Source of the DNA: Octopus vulgaris | Taxonomy: Eukaryota | DNA length: 64,000 nucleotides | Assembly (NCBI GenBank): GCA_951406725.2 | Contig: OX597830.1 | Coordinates: 52,390,001 to 52,454,000 of the forward strand | Direction: 5' to 3' | In this document: piece by piece, positions 40,523 to 53,875 of the stretch | Position numbering within the stretch: the stretch's first letter is position 1 | Layout: the number at the start of each line of letters is the position of its first letter | Translations under genes and position numbers: made by a program | Notes under the pieces: generated by a model | Told to the model about the DNA's origin: nothing | Databases searched by the model: none | The model's input: only the letters and a program-made list of their open reading frames with translations

Positions 40523-40526
<4 letters not shown>
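39837..40526. mobile_element. Inverted pair (~200-bp arms) of a PLE-terminus-like element in (TA)n
   Basis: 39837-40040 is the reverse complement of ~40306-40526; each arm holds a hammerhead-like motif; related solo copies at ~45005-45226 and ~52694-52895. Confidence 0.75.
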
Positions 40527-40572
<46 letters not shown>

Positions 40573-41500
40573 TAGCAGAATTGCCCGGCGATGCTCGGGG
40601 CTGAATTGCTTGAAAGTACTGTTAATGATTGCACTGAATTATGATGATTATTCAGGCAAATATTGATATAAGTTTACGGCGAATGAATGTATTTGTAAGT
40701 GTATAGAAAGCCGTGTAAAGGGGTTCCTACCCCCTCGTAGAATGGTGTAAGAATTGAATGCGAGGTTGCTTTGAAAAGAGCCATGTTATTGTTCTCATAA
40801 TTGTAAGAATTTGATAGTCGTGGAAGGCGGTGTGTGGGACTAAACTCAGGACCATGTGTTTGGAACGTAGTTTTTTACCACACAGCCACACCTGCCCCTA
40901 TGTATGTGTGTGTGTGTGCGTGCGTATGTGTGTATGGGTAGATATATTATGCATGTATATATGTATATATATATATGAGTACATATTACATGTACATATA
41001 TATATATATATACATCTACACATAAAATACAAAATACAAAGTTATATCTTGATATCGCTAGTGATAACAATACTCAAAATATATAACAGACTGAAATTGT
41101 AGGGCCGTCTCTTGCAATTTCGATCAATTGGATCTTGTCCTCCCTCTTGTATAGAAGTGTACGGCTGCAGCGAAATTCATTTTTGGACTTTCTTCTATCG
41201 AAGGCATTTTAACAAAAATGCTTCCGTAAAGACGGTGAAAATATTGTCAATTTCCCCAAACAGGGACACAATTCAATTTTGAAACAATAACCAAAGCTCC
41301 TTCTCCGAAAGGGGGAGGGTTACGGTTAACAATTATTTAACAAATGCAACACAACAACGTTTCCCTGACGAGGAACCAACAAACGTGATTACAATAGTCA
41401 AACAGTAATAATAATAACAACAAACCTTTTTAATTTATCCCCATTTATGTGAAACCAATTATTCAAGTTCAAGTCATTGATGCCATTTTATACGAATTGC

Positions 41501-41569
<69 letters not shown>

Positions 41570-41987
41570 ATAAGGGTGAAAAATTGAATATTAATTTGAT
41601 TAATATGAATTGAAAACCAGTGGTGTAGCATATAAGACCATAGCGGATCTTCCTCTTGCAAAAAGGATGACCACTATTAATGGCTCATCCCTGTTATATA
41701 ATACTTTCACTTAAATAGTTTCACACTTGCAAAGAGAAAGTAGGAGAAAGTGTGGTGGTAATAGCAGGAGTAAACCACTTGAAATGAGAGGGGCAAATCG
41801 TAAAATATTGAGTTTTCTCGAATTTTTGCTTAATTGGGGGTCAAATTGAAAAATCTTTACACGCCATGACCCAATCGAATCTACTTGGAAAAATCATAGG
41901 TAAATTCCAATTGAAGAAATTCTATATTGTAGAATTGTATTAAAAAGAAACATGGGAACAGGCAGAGAAAATCTGCCTTTTATCATA

Positions 41988-42036
<49 letters not shown>

Positions 42037-42452
42037 GCTTCTTTCAGTTTCCGTCTACTATATCCACTCACAAGGCTTTGGTTGACCTGAGGTAATAGTA
42101 GAAGACACTTGCCTACACATACACATACACGCACATATATACATGCATGCATGCATGCATGCATACATACATACATACATACATACATACATACATACAT
42201 ACATACATACATACATACATACATACATACATACATACATACAAAGGTAAATACCAAATCTTTCTCTGCTGCTTTCACAGCTATACAGCATTCGAAATTT
42301 ATCTTCTCTGTAAAATACCAACACACTCGGCGCTTCTAAAATTTGTTTGTGTACGTATATATGTATATATATGTGCGTTTGTGTGTCTGTCTGTCTGTCT
42401 GTCTGTCTGTGCTCGTATGATGTGTCTGTGTGTGTATGTGCGTGTGTGTGTG

Positions 42453-42595
42453 TTTGAAAATAATGAATAGCAATGGGTTTTCTGATAATTTTCCCACTTT
42501 AATAATCAAATGTTTATAAGTTTACAAGAGGTAAACATCTAATTATTAAAGTGGAAAAATTTCCAGAAAAGCCATTTCTATTCATTATTTTCAAA
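42453..42595. repeat. Fold-back (inverted repeat, ~65-bp arms) between microsatellites
   Basis: TTTGAAAATAATGAATAG...CCACTTTAATAAT / ATTATTAAAGTGG...CTATTCATTATTTTCAAA. Confidence 0.85.
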
Positions 42596-42633
42596 TATAT
42601 AATACTGAGCTGAGGACTTTCTATTTCTTATTC

Positions 42634-42708
<75 letters not shown>

Positions 42709-42884
42709 TATACATATATATACATATACACACACATACTTACCAATATACATACATACACACACACACACATATATATATATATGTAAAATAATTGTCA
42801 CATATTTTACAGATAAATTTCCTCTATTTACTTAATATTGAGGTCTCTTTCTTTCTTTTGTTATCTTACGGTTTTTACCAATAT

Positions 42885-43288
42885 ATATGTATTTATAAAG
42901 CTGAAGTTGTCTGTGTATGGCAGGTTTGGTAGCCTTCAACTAACACTATCTCCTCCAAGACCCTGCGGCGCAAGTAGACCAAAATTGAGAGTATGATAGA
43001 AGTAGATAAAGGCTTGCTCTTCTTTCCGTAGCAGAAAAAATTCAAATCGGACCATGTTAACACTAAAAATTATTTACATCAAATAGGTGCTTTTTTTTCT
43101 ATGAAAATCTTTATTTTTTACGATTTTTTGACTGCTGTGTCGTCATTTTTCAGTGTATTTCAACCGGAAAAATATTCACTTAAAGAGAATAACAAGCTAC
43201 ATAATGCAAATTTTTTACTTTTCAAAAATTCCAATTCTAAAGGGTCGAAAAGAAAACAAGCCCGAGCAACGCCGGGCTATACTGCTAG
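42885..43288 (+). mobile_element. Non-autonomous Helitron (third interior type)
   Basis: 3' end CCCGAGCAACGCCGGGCTATACTGCTAG|T; 5' TATAAAGCTGAAGTTGTCTGTG resembles the other 5' ends. Confidence 0.75.
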
Positions 43289-43699
43289 TAAATATATATA
43301 TAACTATGTACAAACACGCATGCACGTATATGCATAAATTATTTTCATTTCATTCATTCTTTTGTTTTCATTCACATTTTCTATTGATTTCAGGGATAGC
43401 AGTACGGCCATACCGGAGCACCACTTTGCGGTAGAACCACCACCAACACACAACAACTACAATAACGAACACCCACGAGTACCCCACCTCGGCCCCATTC
43501 TACAACACCTCTACATCCTTTTCACCACCCTGCCACCTACACCAGCGAATGGAGCTCAATCGTTATCGAACATCAATCAGTATTGAACGCCAATTTATTA
43601 TTTAAAGGTCAGAAATCAAAAATCATATCAAAGGAAATCAGATTTGATAATGAATAAATGCACTGAGTAACCTGGAATGAGAAGAGAGAAAAAAGCGAA

Positions 43700-44110
43700 T
43701 GTGTGTGAGCGTGTGTGTGTGTGTATGTGTGTGTGTATCTGTGTGCCTGTGTGTGTGTGTGTGCGTGTGTGTGCGCGAGTGTGTGTGTGTGTGTATGCCT
43801 CTGTGTGTGTGCGTATGCCACTGTGTGTGTATGTGTGTGTGTGTATGCCTCTGTGTGTGTGTGTATGCCTGTGTGTGTGTGTATGCCTGTGTGTGTGTGT
43901 GTGCATGTGTGTGTGTGTATGCCTCTGTGTGTGTGTATGCCTCTGTGTGTGTGTATGCCTCTGTGTGTGTGTATGCCTCTGTGTGTGTGTGTGTATGCCT
44001 CTGTGTGTGTATGCGTATGTGTGTGTGCGTGTGTGAGTGTGTGTGTGCGTGAGTGTGTGTGTCTGTGTGTGTGTGTTTGCGTGCGTGAGTGTGTGTGTGT
44101 GTGTGTTTCT
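43700..44110. repeat. (TG)n-derived minisatellite with GTATGCCTCT units
   Basis: Directly visible ~18-bp units. Confidence 0.9.
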
Positions 44111-44444
44111 GTGCGTGTAATTCATGTCACGAGTATAATTACACTCATCATTATCTTTGATCATAGGTTTCCTGAAGATCGGCGATGACAACAACAACAA
44201 CAACAACAGGAACAAAGACAACGACACCAACAACTATGACAATAACAACAACAACGATGACAACAACAACAACGAAGTCGATAAGTAACAACGGCAAAGA
44301 CAGCGACCAAATCTGTCGCTTCACGTCTTAGACGCAGCTTGTGGAATGGTGAGACAAATTGGAGATTTTAGTAGTCCCGCCTTTGTATATTTGATGGCAG
44401 AGACACTCAACAAACACTCAATAAATTCATAACACAGACTCAAT

Positions 44445-44826
44445 TCGTGGCACTCCGTCGATTACGAGGGCTAGGGTTCCGGTTGATCCGATCAACGGAA
44501 CAGCCTGCTCGTGAAATTAACGTGCAAGTGGCTGGGCACTCCACTGAAACGTGTTCTCTTAACGTAGTTCTCGGGGAGATTCAGCGTGACACAGAGTGTG
44601 ACAGGGCTGGCCCTTCGAAATACAGGTTCAACAGAAACAGGAAGAAAGAGTGAGAGAAAGTTGTGGTGGAAGAATACAGCAGGGTTCGCCACCACCCCTG
44701 CCGGAACCCCGTGGAACTTTAGGTGCTTTCGTTCAATAAACACTCACAACATACGGTCTAGGAATCGAAACCGCGATCCTATGACCGCGAGTCTGCTACC
44801 CTAACCACTGGGCCATTGTGCTTCCA
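44445..44826 (-). mobile_element. SINE family C head with alternative 3' module
   Basis: Head matches 16687 (ctaaccactgggccattgtgcttcc); the tail module also appears, diverged, near 6760-6925 and 8000-8170. Confidence 0.75.
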
Positions 44827-44875
44827 CACAGACTCAATAGACACTCAACAAAGATGCATATACAAATATATATAT

Positions 44876-44973
<98 letters not shown>

Positions 44974-45228
44974 CGCCATGTTGATTCGCTAGCCTCTGCA
45001 CGCATTTTTTTTTCTCTCCTTGTTTCTCTCTGTGTTTCTTATCTGTGTATCTTTCTGTTGAAGAGCGTAGGCTCGAAACGTAAAAGACTTGTTTTATTTA
45101 TATTCCTGAGCGCCATACTAATACAATTGTTTGTTTGTATTCCACCTGCCTTCGTCTTTTGTTTATTTTCATAAAGCTTCCCGTTTGTATTCCACCTGCC
45201 TTCGTCTTTTGTTTATTTTCATAAAGTT

Positions 45229-45312
<84 letters not shown>

Positions 45313-46111
45313 CACGTGCGAGCACACATTGGAAAAGAAAGACACACGCAAACAGACAAAATATATAAATACGTCAGTGATGTAACTGGATACAAATTAC
45401 GAAACAGCTGTCAACAAATGGAATAAATATGTCAACTTCCACTTCTCTGAAGTTTGTTTAATTATTATAAATTTCCACCATCGCGTTTCCTTGGTTTTCG
45501 TTTGTTTTTCCAATGATGACGTTAGCAATCTTTTTATTGTTGGGGCCTCATTTTTGAAATGAAAAAGTAGGAGTTGTCACCCTTCGATTATTTTTCGAGC
45601 TGATGGGGAAATTGGTAGGGACGAGGTTATTTTTCTTTTTGCTGTTGTTAATGTAAACAAAGTTCGTCTCTTCATGGAACTGTGTTTTATTATTTGTTTT
45701 CCTTAATTCTGTTCCGTAATTGTGTTCGAAGTTTTGTAGCCATCGAGTTTTCGACTCAAGTATTTTATTTGGGGGGGGGGGGGGTTGTATCTCTATGTCT
45801 TTTTTCCATAAGTCCAGTAGCTTTTCAGATAATTTTCCGTTGGTTTGTTCGGAGATTTCTTTTTGCATTAAAGTGTCACACTTACCAAATTTCTCCTTAA
45901 AGCGAGGAGTGCGAAATTTTAGAATGTTAATCTCTGCTTCGAATCTTTGGTGCGTTAGATTTATTCTGATTTTCGTTTCTTCATTTGGTTCTGATGTGAT
46001 ATTCTTGGGACGGAATTTTCGTAGGAAAAATCACTGTTTCTCGGCTTAACCAATGTGCGTATGTACGTGTTAATTTTTCGTTTCTAATTGCTTTCCAATA
46101 CGCTTTTGTGT

Positions 46112-46145
<34 letters not shown>

Positions 46146-46305
46146 TTATAAACGGGGCAAATTTTAGCCACATCTCTGCGGACCGAATAAATGATGAACA
46201 ACCTTAAAGGATTTTCGAACCTTATTGGGTTCTCATCAGAAGCGTCTACATCATTCTGTCAGTCTATATATATACATATACATATATATATACATATACA
46301 TATAC

Positions 46306-46369
<64 letters not shown>

Positions 46370-46370
46370 G

Positions 46371-46404
<34 letters not shown>

Positions 46405-47499
46405 TGTATGTATGTATGTATGTATGTATGTATACAGTCATCTACATCACGCACTAAACCAAAAAAATAGTAATCAATTGAATAGTTTAGGAGTTTATTC
46501 TCTCTCCCTCACTCTTCTCTCTCACACACACACGCATACATGTACGCGCACGCACACTCTCCCACTAACACGTCCTCGTGTTTTCTCTCCACCCTGTTTC
46601 CTCCCACCTCACTCCGTTAATTACATCCAATATACCTCAGCAAGAAAAATCACGTTGACGACCATCCCCCACCTTACTCATGCTCTCCCTTCCATCATGT
46701 CCCGTTATCCTCTATTGTGTCTTTCTGTTTAGCTGACCCCATGCCACCACGACCACCTCTAATAAATGCTACTTGGTGATAGAGATGAGGGCGGGGATTG
46801 TGTCGTTATCAAAGGACGAATAGAAAGAACCTTGATAAGGTTTATTTAATGTTGCTTACAAACAAGTTAAATGGTTGATATCAAATAGCAGATGATCGTT
46901 TTACAGCCATTAGTTCGATTATCAGATCAAATCAGATATCAACGCAGATTGATTTTATTACAGAAAACTGATCCACATCACACTAACACAATGAGTGAGA
47001 GCGATTATTTCATTGTTGTGGAACCATCTCGCTTTAACTAGAAAATGGAAAAGGCGGTGTCGAGTTATGGTGATGGTTTTGGACACTACGGAAATTGAAC
47101 TGAACGACACCAAAGTAACAGGAAAACGATTTCACAAGAACAAGTTAATGGGATTACAGTTCGACAGACGAAGTGGCAAGTCTGTTTCGACTGTTGTGGT
47201 GGTTCGTCGAACCAAAGTTCTGATTAAGAAGCTTAGGGTTTGGTTCGGGCTAGGCCTCTATCCAAATGGCTAGGAACTGAGGCATATTTACAATAAAGGC
47301 AGCTAATTCCACCCAGAAGTGGGCAGAAAAGCAACTTTCTCTCTCAAAGGTCGGACAGAGATATATAGTCGCGGATAGGTCGCACCACTGGATAGATTGC
47401 ACTCTTAGTTTGGGATTGTCAAAGTAGGTATTTGCGGATGACTCGAAGATCGGTAGCACAATAATCTGGGGAGTTACATGGCCCTTTTCAACCTAAATA

Positions 47500-47896
47500 T
47501 CTTTATATATAAAAGTGAAGTTGTGTGTCTGTCTCTTACGATTTAGATTCCTAACTACTCCCACATTTTGCGGTGCAGTGTAACCAAAAGCGGGTATCTT
47601 ATAGTCGTGATTCATATCGAGCCCTTCTGAGTATTAGCGCGCGTCTATAATGAGTCTACGATTTTAAAAAAAATTTACCATCATATTTTCCCATTTTTAA
47701 TGCATTTTTTGCTATTATATAAGGGAAGTAACTCTCTAAAAATGTATTATTAAATCTCAGAACGTAAAAAGCTACAGTAACACCCTCCCCCTTTGTGGTT
47801 AGCCATATTGAGATGGCTATTATACTTTACATCTCTAAAAATGCTTATATAGTTATTTCCCTTACAAACCCGAGCAACGCCGGGCGATACTGCTAG
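47500..47896 (+). mobile_element. Non-autonomous Helitron
   Basis: A|TC...CTAG|T; near-identical to 11691-12060. Confidence 0.88.
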
Positions 47897-50021
47897 TAAC
47901 TGATATTTGTAAAAGATTTTCAAATATTCACCTTTATTTCAAAACTTTGCTTACAAATATGAAAACATTTTCGCATAAGTGACTTTATGAAAGTAATCCA
48001 GTTGATCAATCAACTCAACAAAAAGAATCGATAAATATCAACTCGGCGAGAAAAACGTCTGGAATTACAATCAGAACAGAAAAAAAAATGTTACATAAGA
48101 AAAGTGTTTATTCATTTAGTTATAGTTATTAAACTTCGTCAGGACTGAAACCCCAAAAGTCTTCTTTGTCATCGTCACAGTGGAGCAAAAACATCATTCG
48201 CCAGGAGTAGGAAATCTCCAACAAGTGGAGAATGCAGCAACGCGGTATTACAACATATGCACACCACTCCGTACTACGACTACTGCTGCTGCCATTTTGC
48301 TTATTTCGAACCAAACTGATCGCCTCCGTAGTTAAGGGAGGAGATGCTATCCAAAGTGGTGGCAGTAGTTAATCCAGTCTCCACCCCTCGAATTTTGGGA
48401 AATACAAGCACAGACTGTAAAGACAAAACAAATACATGATAATTAAACACATACAGTTTCAAACAGAAACACTTCGAATCAGAATGTGGGAGATACAAAA
48501 GGTAAAAGGGACAAAAACACCTAATTAAATGGTAAAAAACAATATAAGCGATAAAGAAAGCAACAACTATAACACATTTACTTCAAGTGTTGCTGAGTAA
48601 AGAAGGTGATAAACATGAGTCAGCTCCAGATACGAGAAAAAAATGTAGAGGGGATTTGTTACAGAAGAGAGTGCCTCTTTACCTGAAGAATTTATCCAAG
48701 AAAAAGCAAGGAGAAAGAGGAAGAAAATTTCGACATACTCCCCAAAAGAACCTGGAGGAAGCTCTGATTGATGTTCGAAGGGATATGTGCAACTCTGAAA
48801 AGCAGAAGCCAGATGGAATCGTTTATCTAATATTCAAAATAGGATAAGTCTAGAAAACGGGTAAAGAACGCATGAGACATGTCTGTTCACTGGATGGTGA
48901 TGCAATAAACAGGCAGCGTTTGATTGATGCTGGCATGAACTTTTGATTGGTCCTAAATTTGGTTAGCGCTCATGTGGCCCACAACTGCGATTGGTCAGGT
49001 GAGCAGCCATGTGACCCATAATACTGATTGGTCAGGATGATTGTACATGTACATTTCAGTCTTGACGATCCCTCAACACAAATACAACAAAGCTATCATG
49101 GAGTTATACCATACAGGTAGGAACAGGGTAAGTGGTCTATTAGACTGGTGAGGCAGGTGAAAAGGCCCAGTTCCTACAGGTGTGGTAATAAAGGTTAATT
49201 GGAGGGGGAAATGTTTTGCTTAGAAGAAGAAAAACAAAAAAAGGGGGACGATGGCAATAGACCACTGCACACACACACAAACACAAACATTTTGGTATTT
49301 CTTATGTTGTTCTTTTATTGTTATTTCTATCTATTGTTATTCATTTGTTATTATTGTCGGTGGTGGCGATGGTCTTACTCTTCCACCCCAAGTAAATCTG
49401 CACCCACAGTTTCTTGTTTGCTTCTGTCATTTGTATATCGTCTTTGTACTGTCCATAACGTCTTGAGTTCTTGTGGTCGAAGAACCGCAAGTGAGTAGGA
49501 TAAACGCCTTGCATTATTTTCTCCAGCTCTTTATATTCTGAGTTCAAATCCTGCGAAAGTCAACTTTGCCTTTCATGTTTTCAGGATCGATAAAATAAGG
49601 TACCGTCAACGATATTGACTAAACCTAAAAGCCTAAAATCTGCTGGCCTCGTGCGTTAATTGGAAACCATTGATGGTGGTGGTGGTGATGTTGTTTCTCC
49701 TTGTACACAGTCGGGTGTTTCTCTAGGTTGTACTTTTAGATAAGTTACGAGAAAAACACCACTAAAAGCTGATATTGGGTTAATCTCCATTTAATCAGCG
49801 GGATTACAGTAGAATTTACGAACAAGGCAAGTACAAATAAGATTGAATTTAATGGCTTTACTAACCGACTTTTTCATTCATATTATGTAACATGACGTCA
49901 TTGCTGAGTGGTTATCAGGCGCCAACACTACTACATAGTGGAGGAATATCTTTGCCACGGAAGACTTAAAAAACTGTGACACCGCCACTTGGAGTCACTG
50001 TCTTACATGACTGGCTGATTC

Positions 50022-50063
<42 letters not shown>

Positions 50064-50107
50064 TTTTGTTACTGCTGTTTTTCTTTCTTTTTTTCTTTTC
50101 TTTTCTT

Positions 50108-50500
50108 TTCTTTTACTTGTTTCAGTCATTTGACTGCGGCCATGCTGGAGCACCGCCTTTAGTCGAGCAAATCGACCCCGGGACTTATTCTTTGTAAGCC
50201 CAGTACTTATTCTATCGGTCTCTTTTGCCGAACCGCTAAGTTACGGGGAGGTAAACACACCAGCATCGGTTGTCAAGGAATACTAGGGGGACAAACACAG
50301 ACACACAAACACATACACACACACTCATATATATATATGACGGGCTTCTTTCAGTTTCCGTCTACCAAATCCACTCACAAGGCATTGGTCGGCCCGAGGC
50401 TATAGTAGAAGACACTTGCCCAAGGTGCCACGCAGTGGGACTGAACCCGGAACCATGTGGTTGGTAAGCAAGCTACTTACCACACAGCCACTCCTGCGCC
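50108..50500 (-). mobile_element. SINE family A, full length, young
   Basis: Close to the family consensus inferred from the other copies. Confidence 0.9.
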
Positions 50501-50748
50501 TTTTGATTGCAAGTTCTGAGGATTGGGGTTCATTGGTAGATATGCAGTTGGGACTTATTCCACAAACTGGAGGAAGTACCTTGGAATCGTGACAATTCTT
50601 TCATGGGGAGATTATTTGCTGTGACACCAGAACACACAATTTCGTAGAGTATTGTTTACTGTAACACAGTCCCACTTAGCAGGGAATTGTTTACTATAAT
50701 AATTGTTTTCATGAGGGATTATTTATTATGATACCGTAATTTTTGTTT

Positions 50749-51081
50749 TCACTCTTTTACTTGTTTCAGTCATGTGACTGCGGCCATGCTGGAGCACCGC
50801 CTTTAGTCGAGCAAATCGACCCCAGGACTTATTCTTTGTGAGCCTAGTACTTATTCTATCGGTCCCTTTTGTCAAACCGCTAAGTTACGGGGACGTAAAC
50901 ACACCAGCATCGGTTGTCAAGTGCTGTTGGATGGACAAACACAGACACACAAACATATACACACACATACATATATATATATATACATATATACGACGGG
51001 CTTCTTTCAGTTTCCGTCTACCAAATCTACTCACAAGGCATTGGTCGACCCGAGGCTATAGTAGAAGACACTTGCCCAAGT
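50749..51081 (-). mobile_element. SINE family A, lacking tRNA head
   Basis: Matches 50108-50420. Confidence 0.85.
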
Positions 51082-51724
51082 GACACTTTTATATATTTTT
51101 ATGTATTTGTGGAGGAATGGACGCCGTTAGTCTTTTAAAAGTCCCTCCTCGAGTAGTATAATATCGTTAATACCTAAATTGAACTTTTACTGATTGATAC
51201 CTGTAATAAAAACTTAGGTAATAGTTGGAGGGGCGCACATACAGGTTCTAGGGATGGATTTAGTATTGATTTTACTATTTTCTTCATTTTTTCTTTTGTT
51301 TTTGAGGTGAGTAAGAATAACTGATTCAAGGAATTGAACAGGCTTGGGCAGGGCGGGATTTATGTATGGGCCAAAACCCAGAGACTCTCCCAGCATTTGA
51401 GGTCCCTTTAACTCAGAGAACCCTAAAGCTTGGAGTTAAAACATTAAAAAACGTATTTACAGCACCCAAATAGATAATTTGTAAATTTTTTTTATTTACC
51501 TTTTATTTGTTTCAGTCATTATACTGCGGCTATGCTGGAGCACAGCCTTGAATTTTTAGTCAAAAGAATTAGTTCCAGGACTAATATTTTAAGCCTGGTA
51601 CTTATTTTATCGGTGTCTTTTGCCAAACATCTAAGTTGTAGGGTCGCAAACACACCAACACTGGTTGCCAAACACAGACACATAGATATATGTATGTGAT
51701 GATATATCTCCCTCCTCCATATAT

Positions 51725-52225
51725 ATGTATGTGACGCTATACCCCACCTCTATTTTGTCAAATGCTTTGAGTAATACGTATCTAAATCTCTGTCCATTTG
51801 CAAGATCTTTAAGCTTCCAGACCCTTCTCCTCCATGCTGTTCGTCTTCTGGGCATCCATTTAACCCTGATCCTGAAGTCGCTAACTACTAGTCTATGTTG
51901 TGGAGTACATTCTTCGTTTGGGAAGGTTTTGGCATTTATAAGCAGCCCTCTTTCCCTTTTTTTCTGGCGAGGATGTAGTCAATTTGGCTAGTGTGTCTAC
52001 CAGATTGGCAGGTGACTAGGTGACTGGCAGGTTTCCTGAAGTTAGTGTTGCAAACCATAAGATTATTTGCATCACAGAACTCCAGCAGCCTGGTTCCCTC
52101 CTCATTGCAGGAACCCAAACCATAGCCTACATGTACGCCATGGAAGCCCCCTGCATGTTGTCCAACATGTCCATTGAAGTCACCAGCCACAAAGAGGAGA
52201 AGGTCCCAGTCATTCGTCAATGAGG
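51725..52225 (-). mobile_element. RTE-type LINE fragment (AP-endonuclease C-terminal half plus downstream piece)
   Basis: AGDFNGHVG, NEEGTRLLEFC, NTNFRK and SQIDYIL motifs; RRRVWKLKD. Confidence 0.85.
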
Positions 52226-52619
52226 TACATTACATAGGAGATAAACCCTAAGTAGGGGTGGGGATGGTGTTAAGCATTTAGAAGTGTTCATGGGAGACAA
52301 CCAAAGGATGACAAAGGATAGCGACTTCCGGTACAGGTGGTGGGGGTGAAAGGGCGGTCATATTGTGAAATAGCAAAATTAGAGAAGAGCATCTTCTGGA
52401 TTCGTATTCTTTCAGCGGAGTTATTAAAATGAAGTAGTGGAATCCGAGTGCATGCACCAGTTTATATAGGGTTGGTGGAGGAGGAGGGGGAGTGTTGGCG
52501 AAGCAAATGGTTATCAAAACAGAGAGAGGGGGGCAGAGTTAGGCTGGTCAAGGATAGAACACGAGGGAGAAAAGTATTCTTTGGGGATTTGGGGTAACAA
52601 TTTAATGAAACGGCAAATG

Positions 52620-52693
<74 letters not shown>

Positions 52694-52892
52694 AAGTTAA
52701 TCCAAACATGAAAGCACAAAAAAAAACACAACAACGCGAGGACGTGGAACAAATATAGTATTATTGGACGCTCAGGAAAGAAGGAGGGTTTAACGTTTCG
52801 AGCGGAGCTCTTCGTCGGAAACATAGGAGAAGGAAAGATCCAGAGAAGGGAAGACAGAGGGGGAAAAAAATCGCCAACGGTACACACGCGGT

Positions 52893-52941
<49 letters not shown>

Positions 52942-53230
52942 CATATATTTTGTTGTTGCTTTCCCTTTGTCTTTTGTTGTTTCTGTTTTCATGTTGTTGT
53001 AGTTGTTGTTGATGTTGTAGTTGTTGGTGTTAATATTATTGGATGCTGACGTTGGTGTCGTTTCTGATCAATGTTGTTATCCGTTGTTTTTGCCAATTAA
53101 TTATGTTAATTCTCTTTATTAACTGGGATTAAGACAAAAGCAATGACGTCAATCTTGAAACATCAAACTCAGGACTCAGTCACGGTTGTTGTTGTTATTG
53201 TTGTTATTGTTGCTATGTGTGTACACACAC

Positions 53231-53283
<53 letters not shown>

Positions 53284-53546
53284 ACTCATTTTCCTGACAC
53301 TCCTCACCCTCCACCTACGTTCACCACTCACTGTGTCCACCTCTCTCTTACCTCCCATTCTTTCTGCACTCTTACAGGTCTACCTGCCCAATCACCTTAT
53401 GTAGTCCTCTCCACCACTTCACCCTGACATACCTTCTTCCCCATCTTCTCTCTCTCTCCCTCCTCTCCTCTCCCATATCTATGTGCATGTGTGAATGCAT
53501 GAATGTATGTATTTAAACATGTATATATCTATGTGTATGTGGGTGG

Positions 53547-53591
<45 letters not shown>

Positions 53592-53817
53592 CACATACAC
53601 ACACACACACTCATATATATATAATCACTATGACGGCTGCCTGTCATACTGATTGACACCAATCATTTTTATGACTGTGTTGTCATAAAATTTGCTTCGT
53701 AATTACATGGGTCTAATTTTGATTCTACTGCTCAACAAATTTGACAATTACCCTCCAACATAACCTAGAATTTACTCGAACTTTGCGAATGGAATTATAA
53801 TAATAATAATAATAGTA

Positions 53818-53873
<56 letters not shown>

Positions 53874-53875
<2 letters not shown>

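Noticed and set aside
48129-48847. DDDKEDFWGF (minus strand) and psq-HTH-like NLEEALIDVRR (plus strand), suggestive of pogo-like transposase pieces
   Set aside because: Short motifs on opposite strands, with no DDE domain or TIR seen.
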